NCBI GenBank assembly: GCA_050633305.1
Contig: JBOEGF010000043.1
Coordinates: 1 to 64,000, forward strand
Length of the DNA stretch: 64,000 nucleotides
Reading direction: 5' to 3'
Origin: Nannocystales bacterium
GTDB lineage: Bacteria; Myxococcota_A; Polyangia; Nannocystales; Nannocystaceae
Shown: piece by piece, positions 29,550 through 38,915 of the stretch
How the letters are laid out: the number at the start of each line of letters is the position of its first letter
Numbering within the stretch: position 1 is the first letter of the stretch
Notes under the pieces: generated by a model
What the model was told of the DNA's origin: nothing
The model's database searches: none
The model's input: only the letters and a program-made list of their open reading frames with translations
Position numbers and translations under genes: made by a program

Positions 29550-31448
29550 GTGGTCAGCGGTCCGATCCTCATCGTCGGTGAGGCGCAGCGGTGCATTCCG
29601 CTGGTCCGTCGCGTCGTCGGCCTTGGGTACCCGGTGGAGGCCTGCGGTCTCCCCGAGTTGACCGGGCGCGTCCGTGAGGGGAATGGTCCGGCTGCGGTGA
29701 TGCTGTGTGCCGAGGGGCCGGCCGCGTCGGCCGTGATGCAGGAGCTTCGGAGCATGCGCCGCGGGGTCTCGATTCCTGTCACGTTGTGTGGCCGACTGGG
29801 GGGGGCGATCCGAGACCTGGCCGATGTGTTGGATCTTGGTGCCGACCAGTTCCTCGAAGAGCCGTTCGAGGACGCGACGCTCGCCAGTACGTTGACCGCG
29901 TTGGCAGGGGCACCCCCGGCGCCGCCACCCGAGCCGGATTCGGCTTCGACCGCAGTCTCGGCCGATCAGCCGCTGCGCACCGAGGTCCTCGACCACGCGC
30001 CTTCGGCGGATACCGAGCGTCATGATGAAGGTCGGCGCAACGGCGGCTCCGTCGACCCGAGCATCGGTCGGCTTGGCCGCACCCTGGATCTTCTCGAGGG
30101 GCGCCTGCGCGCGCGCTCGGAGGGGCTTGCATCTGAGAGCTCCGACGAACTCGAGCGCTCCCTGCTCGGGCTGGAGCCCGCCCCGTCGGTCGACGATGAT
30201 CCTGGGGTCAACGGAGCGTTTGTCGGTGAACTGCTCACTGCCGCCGCCGGGGCGGGCGGTGTCTCGCGACAGCATGAGATCAGCCCGATCGACTCCACGA
30301 CGCGGCTGGAGGGGGTGAGCTCCACCCACGCGCTTCTCGAGCGGCCGGTCACGTACGTGCGGGAGACGGACGAACGCAGGGATACGGAGCGGAACGCGGG
30401 CAGTCGTCGTCGTGTGGCGCTATCGGTGGAACGAGAGGGGGACCTCGGCGACCTGGAGCTGCCCCGCATGCTGTGGTCCCTGCACCGGTCCCGGTACACG
30501 GGGCGTGTTGATCTTCATCAGGGCCGAGTCGAAAAGCAGCTCTGGCTCGAGCAGGGCGAGCTTGTGTTCGCGAGCAGCTCGGAGCCCGAGGACAGACTCG
30601 TCAACGCACTTGTGCGCCGCGGGCTCCTCACGCGAACCCAGTACGACGCTGCACGGAGCCTCGCCGCCAAGGACCCGCGGCGCGTTGGACAGCTGCTGGT
30701 CGAGGCGGGCTTCCTCAAAGCCGATGCGCTTCCCGAGGCGATTCGGACTCAGGTCCTGGGGATCGTGACCTCCGCGTTCGTCTGGCGCCGTGGACAGTGG
30801 TCCCTCGAGGAGAACGCGCTGTGCGACGAAGCGGTGCAGCTCGAAGAGTCGGTGGCTCGAATCTTGGTCAGCGGCGTGTTGGATCGATTCGACGCTCCGC
30901 AGCTGGAGGCGCTCGTCGGCGGCCTCGATGGATACGTGAGGCTCTCTTCTTCGGCGCGCCCCGAGACCCTCGCGCTCGACCTGGGGTTGGACGCGTCCTC
31001 ACAGGGCCTGCTGACGATGCTGGACGGTCGCCACGACTTGTCCGAGGTGTGCGCGAGTGCGGGACTTCCCGACCGGGTGGTGTTGGCGACCGTGTACGGG
31101 TTGCTGGTGGTGGGGGCTGCCGAGCTCATCGGTGAGCCGCTCGCTCCGCTGGGCGCCTCGGATCCCGACGCTCTGGACCACGCTCGGCTCGACGAGCGGC
31201 TGGAACTCGTCCGGCAGGCGGACTACTTCGAGGTGCTCGGGCTCTCCCGTGATGCCAACGCCGCCGATGTTCGTCGCGTGCATCGGGAGCTTCGGGCAGC
31301 CTTCGCCGACGACGCAGTCGAGCCGGGTGTTCGGGACGAACGAGGGCTCGAGCTGAGGGAGATCCGCGAAGCGCTGGACGACGCAGCGGCTTTGCTCGGA
31401 GAAGACGACCTGCGGCTCGCCTATCTCGCCCACCTAGATGTACCTTGA
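29550..31448 (+). CDS. Degenerate receiver + DUF4388-like + J-like domain protein
   Basis: LDLGADQFLEEPF receiver-like end; GDL....LPRML..L......GRV.L (DUF4388-like); DYFEVLGL J-like start. Confidence 0.7.
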   Translation: MVSGPILIVGEAQRCIPLVRRVVGLGYPVEACGLPELTGRVREGNGPAAVMLCAEGPAASAVMQELRSMRRGVSIPVTLCGRLGGAIRDLADVLDLGADQFLEEPFEDATLASTLTALAGAPPAPPPEPDSASTAVSADQPLRTEVLDHAPSADTERHDEGRRNGGSVDPSIGRLGRTLDLLEGRLRARSEGLASESSDELERSLLGLEPAPSVDDDPGVNGAFVGELLTAAAGAGGVSRQHEISPIDSTTRLEGVSSTHALLERPVTYVRETDERRDTERNAGSRRRVALSVEREGDLGDLELPRMLWSLHRSRYTGRVDLHQGRVEKQLWLEQGELVFASSSEPEDRLVNALVRRGLLTRTQYDAARSLAAKDPRRVGQLLVEAGFLKADALPEAIRTQVLGIVTSAFVWRRGQWSLEENALCDEAVQLEESVARILVSGVLDRFDAPQLEALVGGLDGYVRLSSSARPETLALDLGLDASSQGLLTMLDGRHDLSEVCASAGLPDRVVLATVYGLLVVGAAELIGEPLAPLGASDPDALDHARLDERLELVRQADYFEVLGLSRDANAADVRRVHRELRAAFADDAVEPGVRDERGLELREIREALDDAAALLGEDDLRLAYLAHLDVP

Positions 31449-32400
31449 GCCGGCTTTGACCTTGCGCGCAGCCTTCATGGGATCGCCGGACTTCGCGGTC
31501 TCGAGTCTTCACGCCGTCGCTGCAGCCTGCGACCTGCGAGCGGTCGTTTGCCAGCCCGATCGTCCCGCGGGACGCGGTCGCAAACTGCGTCCCCCCGCGG
31601 TCAAGGTTGCCGCTGAGCCGCTGGGCGTCCCGATCATTCAGCCGACCAAGATGAAGGACGGGACGCTTCGTGACGCGCTGTCCGAGCATGACCTGGACGT
31701 CATCGTGGTCACGGCATTTGGCCGGATTCTGCCCAAGGACATCCTCGAGCTTCCCCGGCTCGGCTGCATCAACGTGCACGCGTCGCTCCTGCCGCGTTGG
31801 CGTGGAGCTGCGCCCATTCAACGCGCGGTCTTGGCCGGAGATCCGACCACAGGCGTCGCGATCATGCGGATGGAGGAAGGGCTGGATACGGGTCCCGTCT
31901 ACCGCATGGTGGAGACCCCGATCGAAGCCCACGAAACCTCCGGGATGCTGTTCGAGAGGCTGGCGGTGCTGGGCGGGGATGTGCTCCGCGAAACCTTGGA
32001 GACGTTCGAATCGGTGGGGGAGCCGTTGGTGCAGGACGAGGCGAAGGTGACTCATGCCGCGATGCTGTCCAAGGCCGAGGGCAGCGTGGATTGGTCGCAA
32101 CCCGCCCAGCGGGTGGTCGACCATGTACGCGGCATGGACCCGTGGCCGTGCGCGTTCTCGACCCGAGGTGATCTCGTCATGAAGCTGTACGGAGCTTCAC
32201 TCTCCGAGCGCCAGACCGACACACCGGGGACGGTCCTGGCCGTCGATGAACGAGGAGTGCATGTGGCCTGCGGGACGGGCGCAATCTGTCTTGCGGAGCT
32301 TCAACCCGCCGGGAAGAAGCGCATGAGCGCGCAAGCCTATGCATCGGGTCGCGCGTTCGCGGACGGCGAACGACTCGGCCCCCCAAAAACCGACGCATAA
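31438..32400 (+). CDS. fmt: Methionyl-tRNA formyltransferase
   Basis: FMGSPDFA, QPDRPAGRG, INVHASLLPRWRGAAPIQ, GLDTG. Confidence 0.97.
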   Translation: MYLEPALTLRAAFMGSPDFAVSSLHAVAAACDLRAVVCQPDRPAGRGRKLRPPAVKVAAEPLGVPIIQPTKMKDGTLRDALSEHDLDVIVVTAFGRILPKDILELPRLGCINVHASLLPRWRGAAPIQRAVLAGDPTTGVAIMRMEEGLDTGPVYRMVETPIEAHETSGMLFERLAVLGGDVLRETLETFESVGEPLVQDEAKVTHAAMLSKAEGSVDWSQPAQRVVDHVRGMDPWPCAFSTRGDLVMKLYGASLSERQTDTPGTVLAVDERGVHVACGTGAICLAELQPAGKKRMSAQAYASGRAFADGERLGPPKTDA

Positions 32401-32462
32401 TCGGCGCAGGGAAGTCCTTGGCTATGGCAACCTGCCGGCCGTAGCACCGTCTACGGGTCGCC

Positions 32463-33353
32463 ATGGTCGAGATCCTCAGGAAAGTCTCCAACGCGAGCTG
32501 GTTTACCCAGTTCATTACTGGTGTGATTCTGCTTGCTGGGGTCATCGTGGGCCTCGAGACCTACCCGGGCATCGTTGAGGAGTGGGGGGGAGCGCTTCAC
32601 GGCGCCAACCTGCTGATCCTCATCATTTTCACGATCGAGGTCGCGGTGAAGATGGGCGCGGAGGGCAGCAAGCCGTGGCGCTACTTCCGCGACCCGTGGA
32701 ACATCTTCGACTTTCTGATCGTCGTCGCCGCGTACCTGCCGATCGACGCGCAGTTCATCACGGTTCTGCGGTTGGCTCGGGTCCTGCGCGTTCTGAAGCT
32801 CGTCCGGGCGCTGCCCAAGCTCCAGATCATCGTCTCGGCGCTCCTCAAGAGCATCCCGTCGATGGGCTACGTCTCACTGTTGCTCTTGCTGCTGTTCTAC
32901 CTGTTCGCGGTCACCGGTACGTTCCTGTTCGGCGAGAACGATCCCGTCCACTTCCGTAACCTGCAGCTTTCGATGCTGACCCTGTTCCGGGTGGTCACGC
33001 TCGAGGACTGGACCGACGTCATGTACATCCAAATGTACGGATGCGAGGGCTACGGGTACGGCGGCATGGAGCACCTGTGCACCAAGTCTGCCGCCCACCC
33101 TGTGTTCGGCGCCGGGTTCTTTGTGACGTTCGTGCTGATCGGCACGATGATCGTGCTCAACCTCTTCGTCGGCGTGATCATGTCGGGCATGGAGGAGGCC
33201 CAGCGCGAACAGGAGCTGCTCCGTGAACTCGAAGACCGGCCGACGTCGGTCCAATCCGACGTCCGCGACCTGCTCAAACAGACGGTCGCTCTCCAGGCCA
33301 GCCTTGAACGCTTACAAGCGCAGGTCAAGATTCAAGAGGAGGGCAAACTATGA
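32463..33353 (+). CDS. BacNav-family voltage-gated cation channel (6TM)
   Basis: DPWNIFDF, S4 RLARVLRVLKLVR, selectivity filter TLEDWTD, S6 VLNLFVGVI, C-terminal coiled coil. Confidence 0.95.
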   Translation: MVEILRKVSNASWFTQFITGVILLAGVIVGLETYPGIVEEWGGALHGANLLILIIFTIEVAVKMGAEGSKPWRYFRDPWNIFDFLIVVAAYLPIDAQFITVLRLARVLRVLKLVRALPKLQIIVSALLKSIPSMGYVSLLLLLLFYLFAVTGTFLFGENDPVHFRNLQLSMLTLFRVVTLEDWTDVMYIQMYGCEGYGYGGMEHLCTKSAAHPVFGAGFFVTFVLIGTMIVLNLFVGVIMSGMEEAQREQELLRELEDRPTSVQSDVRDLLKQTVALQASLERLQAQVKIQEEGKL

Positions 33354-34093
33354 CGGACTGGTTCGCGCAGCCCCACTTCTGGGAGCGGGTCTACCCGCTG
33401 ATGTTCTCGGCCGAGCGCGACGAGCGGGCGCATGAAGAGGTGGCGAACCTGCTCGAGCTGGTGGGCATGAAAAAGGGACGGGCGCTGGACCTTTGCTGCG
33501 GCCCAGGGCGGCACTCGGTCCCGTTGGCCAAGGCGGGCTTCGACGTCACGGGGCTGGACATCAGTGAGTTCCTGCTGGAGCGCGCCCGAGCTCGGGCTCA
33601 AGCTGCCAAGGTCGACATCGACTGGGTGCACGAGGACATGCGCAACTACGCCATGCCCGGCGGGTTCGATCTGGTGATCAACCTCTACACCTCCTTCGGC
33701 TATTTCGCGCAGCAGAGCGATGATCTCAAGGTGCTGCGCAACCTCGTCTCCAGCCTGACCGAGGGGGGGTGCGTGGTTCTCGACGTGGTCGGTAAGGAGG
33801 CCCTCGCCGAACAGCTTCCTCTCGATCGGCAGCCGACGGTTGAGCATGACGGATCGCTCCTCATCGAGCGGATCGAAGTCGTCGACGACTGGAGCCGGGC
33901 GAAGGTCCAGTGGATGTTCATCCGCGGGGAGACCGTCGAGCGCTTCAACTTCGAGCACACGCTGTACAGCGGTCGTGAACTCAGGGAGCTGATGAATTGG
34001 GCGGGGCTCTCCGACGTGTCGTTGTATGGAGGACTCGATGGCCGGGCGTATGGTCCTGGTGCACAGCGGCTCGTTGCCGTCGGTCGACGCTGA
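33350..34093 (+). CDS. Class I SAM-dependent methyltransferase
   Basis: ALDLCCGPGRH, VTGLDIS, NLYTSFGYF. Confidence 0.93.
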   Translation: MTDWFAQPHFWERVYPLMFSAERDERAHEEVANLLELVGMKKGRALDLCCGPGRHSVPLAKAGFDVTGLDISEFLLERARARAQAAKVDIDWVHEDMRNYAMPGGFDLVINLYTSFGYFAQQSDDLKVLRNLVSSLTEGGCVVLDVVGKEALAEQLPLDRQPTVEHDGSLLIERIEVVDDWSRAKVQWMFIRGETVERFNFEHTLYSGRELRELMNWAGLSDVSLYGGLDGRAYGPGAQRLVAVGRR

Positions 34094-34153
34094 GCCCGCA
34101 ATCGAGGCGTTCCGGGGCAGACAGCGGGCCCGGCTGCGCGGTACCGTGCATCC

Positions 34154-34537
34154 ATGATGATGCTTCGGAGGATGCCTGCTCTGTTCCTCGCCGGTTCTTT
34201 GGCTCTGGCGGTCGGTTGCGATGGGGGAGACGAAGACGACACCGGTGGTGGAACGGGTGGAGACGACCGTTCCGCGACCATCTTGGGCCTCGAGGGGGAT
34301 GCTACAGCAGGGGCGACCCTCTTCACGAGCAGCGGTTGCTCGAACGATGCATGCCACGGTGCGGACGGTGTGTCTGGTATGGCCATGCCCTCCCTCGACA
34401 CCAGCGTGATGGCCTCGGACGACTCGCAGATCGTCAACACGTTCCTCAACGGCAAGGGAACGATGCCGCCGCAGAGCGGACTGTCCGACCAAGCGCTTGC
34501 GGACCTGCTCGCCTACGTGAGCGACACGTTCGGCTGA
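34154..34537 (+). CDS. c-type cytochrome lipoprotein
   Basis: Lipobox LAVGC; GATLF...CSNDACHGADG; distal Met in GKGTMP. Confidence 0.85.
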   Translation: MMMLRRMPALFLAGSLALAVGCDGGDEDDTGGGTGGDDRSATILGLEGDATAGATLFTSSGCSNDACHGADGVSGMAMPSLDTSVMASDDSQIVNTFLNGKGTMPPQSGLSDQALADLLAYVSDTFG

Positions 34538-34574
34538 GCCGAAGGACGTCTTGCCGAGCGCACCTCGGCCTTAC

Positions 34575-34616
34575 GACCCCGACGCGGCCGTCACCTCGGC
34601 CCATCGGGGTCTTTTT
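34575..34616 (+). terminator. Probable intrinsic terminator between convergent genes
   Basis: gaccccga...tcggggtc stem followed by ttttt. Confidence 0.6.
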
Positions 34617-34618
34617 CT

Positions 34619-36202
34619 TCAGCCCCAAGCTTCACACGCTTCGGCCTCGACCGCGATCGGGACCGACGTGACGACCGAGGCCATTGCGGACGTCATCGTG
34701 GCCTCGACGGTGTCGCGGGCCTGCGCCGCGACTTCCCGGGGAACCTCGGCGATGTACTCGTCGTGGACAACCATCACCCCGCGGCCTCCGAGGGCTTCGA
34801 GCGCGGGCTGAAGTTCGACCATCGCGCGCTTGAACCCCTCCGCGGCAGTGCCTTGCACGGGGATGTTGAGCGCAGAGTTGAACGAGACCTTGCCGGGGGC
34901 AAAGCGCTTGCGCCGGCCCAGCGCGGTGCGGACCGTGACGGGGCCAGGTCGCCGCGACAACGCCCCAACGCGCTTGTGCCACGCGGCGATGCCAGGGAAC
35001 GTCCTCATGAACGCGGCGCGAGCATCGGCCGCTTCGCGGTCCGTGAGGTCGACGCCATACCCGTCGGCGGCGTAGCTGCGAAAACGCGACGCCCCCATAC
35101 CAAACAGGAACCCGAAGTTCACAGCCTTGGCGAGTTTGCGTTCGTGGTCGGTAATGCTGTCTTCGGGCCGTCCTGTGATCGTGGCTGCGGTGGCGCGGTG
35201 TGGGTCGCGGCCTTCGTGGAACACCTGACGCAACGCGTCGCAGGGGGCGAGGTGGGCGGCAACACGAAGCTCGATCTGCGCATAGTCGGCCACGACCAAC
35301 ACCTTGGAGGGATCGGGCCGGAAACACGCTCGCAGTCCAGGAGCCGTGTGAGCGCTGGGGACCTGCTGAAGGTTGGGATCGGTGCAACTGAATCGGCCAC
35401 TGTCAGTGGCGAGCGGGTGGAGTCTGCATCGAATCCGTCCTCCGCGGACGTGCTCCTGTCCCCAGTAGGCATAGGTGGAGATCAGCTTGTCCAGTCGCGC
35501 AACACGCTCGGGAACGTCGGTGTCACGGCGCTCGGTGTGCCACTGGGCTGCGATTCGTTCGAACGCGGCGGCATCGACGGCAACGCCTGCGCGCTCCATG
35601 GCGATCACCGACGGGAGGACATCGCATTCCAGGCCGAAGACCCGAGTCAGCTCTCGCTTGCGGAGCAATGGCGTGAGGGCGCCCATCAATGGAAGCAGCG
35701 ATTCCGCCGCCTGGGTTGTGGCCGGGATGACGTCTGCGGAGAGTCGATCCGGAGCCTGCCAGGGCTTGCCGAGCATCTTCTCGGTGCACTCGGTGAGGGT
35801 CGGAAGGTCGCGACCGCGTCGCGTTCCCTCGGCCAGAAGCTGGGCCGCGGTTTGGGTGCAACCGAAGCGTCCTGTCCTCGCCGCAGCGCTGGATCCGGTG
35901 GCCGCCGCGAGTCGGAGAAGGGCGTCTTGTGCCCCGTGGAAGACGACGTACGTTTGGGTCAGCCGGCTGAGCGTATTCTGTAGTGCGGCCAGGGTCCCGG
36001 GGGTGCCCCGCGTGACCGCCGTGCGTTCGGCGGTTGCGAGGCCGAGCGCCGCTACGCTGCCCAGCCGCGGATCGCTCTGCACATGCAGAGGTTGGGCGGG
36101 GTCGGGGGCAAGCCAAACCCCGAGTGCCTTTGGCGGGTTTGCCTCGAGCTGCGAAAGCGTGGCTTCGAAGGTTGCGTCGTCGCGGGGCTCGGGCAAGGGC
36201 AC
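34619..36202 (-). CDS. Compact family A DNA polymerase (no 5' nuclease, degenerate exonuclease, shortened thumb)
   Basis: TDSGRFSCTDPNLQQVP, motif A ADYAQIELR, motif B RKLAKAVNFGFLFG, motif C VHDEY; GTG at 36202. Confidence 0.9.
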   Translation of the reverse strand: MPLPEPRDDATFEATLSQLEANPPKALGVWLAPDPAQPLHVQSDPRLGSVAALGLATAERTAVTRGTPGTLAALQNTLSRLTQTYVVFHGAQDALLRLAAATGSSAAARTGRFGCTQTAAQLLAEGTRRGRDLPTLTECTEKMLGKPWQAPDRLSADVIPATTQAAESLLPLMGALTPLLRKRELTRVFGLECDVLPSVIAMERAGVAVDAAAFERIAAQWHTERRDTDVPERVARLDKLISTYAYWGQEHVRGGRIRCRLHPLATDSGRFSCTDPNLQQVPSAHTAPGLRACFRPDPSKVLVVADYAQIELRVAAHLAPCDALRQVFHEGRDPHRATAATITGRPEDSITDHERKLAKAVNFGFLFGMGASRFRSYAADGYGVDLTDREAADARAAFMRTFPGIAAWHKRVGALSRRPGPVTVRTALGRRKRFAPGKVSFNSALNIPVQGTAAEGFKRAMVELQPALEALGGRGVMVVHDEYIAEVPREVAAQARDTVEATMTSAMASVVTSVPIAVEAEACEAWG

Positions 36203-36203
36203 G

Positions 36204-37124
36204 CTACTCCGTTTCCGGAGTGCAGCCGCACAACCCACCGGAGTCGATGATGCACTCCGGGTCGGTCAGCGTCGTGCACACCGGGCGGGTGGGGTTGCCC
36301 GCCGCGTCGTCGCAGCCCGGGCGAGGGCACGCCGTGCACGCGACCGAGGTGAGGTCGCTGCTGACGAGGTACGGCAGGCTTTTGAAATCGGTGTTGTTGG
36401 CGGGCTGCTCGCAACAATACGACCGACTGCCCACATCGACCTCTGTCGTGCTCCCGGGACAGAAACTCCCCGGTTCGACCTCGCAGCCAACCTGGCCGCC
36501 ACGCAAGCACGTCGGGTCGTCGGTGGGGCGACAGACGCCCTGTTCGATGGTCTGGTCGACATCGATCGGCTCGTCGGGCTCTGCCTGCTCCTCCAGGGTT
36601 CGTACGCACACCCCAACCGAGCCGCAGCCTTCGTCGTCGTCGCAGTTCTCGCCCAGCAGGGAGTCGTCGGTTGGACGGCATCCGCAGGGGTCTCCCTCAT
36701 TCTCGAGCTCGCAGCGAGCCTCTCCGGCGCGACACGATTCTTCGCTGCTGCTGGTTGCGCCGCATTGGGGGCAGTCGAAACACTCCGCAGTCCCATCGCT
36801 CTCGGCGATGCCGATCACGGTGGGGATGCCTGAGCCTGAGGGGCAGCAGAAGTTGCCCCCGTCGGGTCCTTCGGCGGCCACGAGCCCGGACCCGCTACAC
36901 AGCCCATTGGTGTTGGCGGCGCAGCCAGCCTGTTCGCCCTGGACGCACGAACTGTCGGCGCTGCACAGCCCAGGCTCGTCCTCCGCGGTTTCGGTCGCGG
37001 TGCGGACACAGGTGAGGTTGGGGCAATCGGCGTCTTCGTTGCACGGAGCACCGACGAGCGCGTCGTCGATGCCGCAGGCGAAGCCGAGCGTCAAAGCTGT
37101 AAAGACCAGGAATCGGCGGACCAT
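36204..37124 (-). CDS. Cys-rich lipoprotein with an internal duplication
   Basis: Lipobox GFAC; two similar halves (LVGAPCNEDADC..CVRT / LLGENCDDDEGC..CVRT). Confidence 0.8.
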   Translation of the reverse strand: MVRRFLVFTALTLGFACGIDDALVGAPCNEDADCPNLTCVRTATETAEDEPGLCSADSSCVQGEQAGCAANTNGLCSGSGLVAAEGPDGGNFCCPSGSGIPTVIGIAESDGTAECFDCPQCGATSSSEESCRAGEARCELENEGDPCGCRPTDDSLLGENCDDDEGCGSVGVCVRTLEEQAEPDEPIDVDQTIEQGVCRPTDDPTCLRGGQVGCEVEPGSFCPGSTTEVDVGSRSYCCEQPANNTDFKSLPYLVSSDLTSVACTACPRPGCDDAAGNPTRPVCTTLTDPECIIDSGGLCGCTPETE

Positions 37125-37127
37125 GAC

Positions 37128-38354
37128 TTAGAATCTCCCTTGGACGACGACGCCGCCGCCCTGTGGTCCGATCGCTGGAGCGACGGAGCCGAGCCGTACC
37201 TTGCGTTGCAGGGTGGTGTAGCGCGAGTTGGCAAACGCTCCGAACGCGCCGCCGACAACGGCGAGGCCAAGTCCGCCCCATCCGAGTCCTACGCCCAATC
37301 GGGCGCGGCTGTCGAACTGCTCGCGGTCGGACGAGATGGTCGCCGCATTGGTCTCGGCTTCCAGAGAGCCCTTGTTGCGGGTGAAGAGGAAGTAGCCAGC
37401 CGCGGCCATGCCAACCCCCACCGCGGCACCGCCATAGCCAACGAACGTCAGCGTACGGGCGGTGCTCAGCTGCTTCTGGAGCTCGTCGTTGTCCACAGGG
37501 GGCGCATCATCATCGCTGATACTCGCGGTCCCGCCGGGGGTCGGCGTGGACGGATTGACGAACACGCGGTCGATCGGGACGACCTCGACCCGGAGAAGCG
37601 CACCGCAGCCTTCGGGGGGCTGCTGGTCTGCCGTGGTCGACGACACGCAGGCCGCGACGTCGCCATCGGTCTTGAGGACCTGTTGGTCGGTCGAGGACGA
37701 CACGCCGGCGCCGACGTTCCCGACCGTCGCGCCGCCTCCGACCTCGGCGCTCTTTCCCGTGTAGAAGGAGAACGAACCAACCGTCAGGCCGGTGACGACA
37801 TGGGTGGCGTCGTCGCAGCGGCCTTCGAGGTCACGCTCGTTGAAGCTCGATTCGGTTGCGTCCCGACGCCCCACGATCGTCATGTCGACGTTGAGTTGGC
37901 CGGCGCGCTCGAGCTTGGCTTCGAGCCCCGCTGCACCGATCGGGAGCTTGGCGTAGAGCTGATCGGTGTCAGTGATGCGGACGCCCTCGGTCTTCTGAGT
38001 CAGACCCAGGTATTCGTACTCCCCCTTGGCCGAGCAGGTGTTGAGCACCTCCATCTCGCAACCCGAGTAGCGCACCGCCACCAAGCCACGTGTTGCCCGG
38101 GCTTCGAGGGCGGCGCGCTCAGCTGCCGGCCACTCGATGACCAGCGGTTTGTCGCTGCTCTTCTTGACTCCGCACTTGGCTTGGCCCGTGAAGTCCTCCA
38201 AAGAGGGCGCGGTGGCGACCGCGTCGGCGGTCTGGCCCGTCTTCTTGCAGCCAGTCAGGGTGATGGCAGCCGCGCAAAGAACGACGCCTCCGAGTCGCGC
38301 GACGGCGCGGTAGCCCGAGGGGGGCAGATTGAGTCGACGCACGGCGGCGAGCAT
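37128..38354 (-). CDS. Hypothetical lipoprotein with C-terminal Gly-rich hydrophobic helices
   Basis: Lipobox TLTGC; long ORF with plausible codon usage; operon-like spacing. Confidence 0.75.
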   Translation of the reverse strand: MLAAVRRLNLPPSGYRAVARLGGVVLCAAAITLTGCKKTGQTADAVATAPSLEDFTGQAKCGVKKSSDKPLVIEWPAAERAALEARATRGLVAVRYSGCEMEVLNTCSAKGEYEYLGLTQKTEGVRITDTDQLYAKLPIGAAGLEAKLERAGQLNVDMTIVGRRDATESSFNERDLEGRCDDATHVVTGLTVGSFSFYTGKSAEVGGGATVGNVGAGVSSSTDQQVLKTDGDVAACVSSTTADQQPPEGCGALLRVEVVPIDRVFVNPSTPTPGGTASISDDDAPPVDNDELQKQLSTARTLTFVGYGGAAVGVGMAAAGYFLFTRNKGSLEAETNAATISSDREQFDSRARLGVGLGWGGLGLAVVGGAFGAFANSRYTTLQRKVRLGSVAPAIGPQGGGVVVQGRF

Positions 38355-38417
38355 AGTCGAACGTCAGACGGGCGCCCAGAGGTGTCGTTGCGGGAAAACG
38401 ACCCGGGACCCGTCTTT

Positions 38418-38915
38418 TCAGCCGGCGCGGACCGACGCGATGGCGCGTTCTAGGGCATTTTCGTCCTGCTCGGGCCCTCCGACCCAGGCGACGTTGCCTG
38501 TGGCGTCCACCACGAAGGTGATGGGCAGCGCAGAGACGCGGAATCGCCCCGAGAGGACGTTGCCCCGGTCGAGAATGACGGGGAAGGACAAGCCGTAGGT
38601 CCGGACCAAGGCTGCGGCGTCATCTTGTCTCTCGTCCTCGGACACGCCGATGAACGCGACGTCATCGTACTTCTGGTGAAGCCGCTGCGCTTCGGGGAGC
38701 GTGCGCTTGCACGGCTCGCAGTACTCCGCGAAGAACTTCACGACCCACACTTTCCCGGCAAGCGCTTCGGTGTCGACGCGTCGGCCGTCGAGGGTGTCCC
38801 GGGCGAACTTTGGCGCCTCGTTTCCCGACAGTGGGCTCGGCGACGAAGGAGGCGGCGGCCCTTTGGCAGCGCAGGCCGAGAGCGAGAGCACCACGGCCAA
38901 AGCGAGCTTGCGCAT
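38418..38915 (-). CDS. TlpA/ResA-like thiol-disulfide oxidoreductase lipoprotein
   Basis: LSAC lipobox; VVKFFAEYCEPCKRTLP; LPITFVVD. Confidence 0.9.
   Translation of the reverse strand: MRKLALAVVLSLSACAAKGPPPPSSPSPLSGNEAPKFARDTLDGRRVDTEALAGKVWVVKFFAEYCEPCKRTLPEAQRLHQKYDDVAFIGVSEDERQDDAAALVRTYGLSFPVILDRGNVLSGRFRVSALPITFVVDATGNVAWVGGPEQDENALERAIASVRAG

Noticed and set aside
34619..36202. Prophage origin of the compact DNA polymerase
   Set aside because: No integrase, helicase/primase or structural phage genes nearby, and composition looks like the host's
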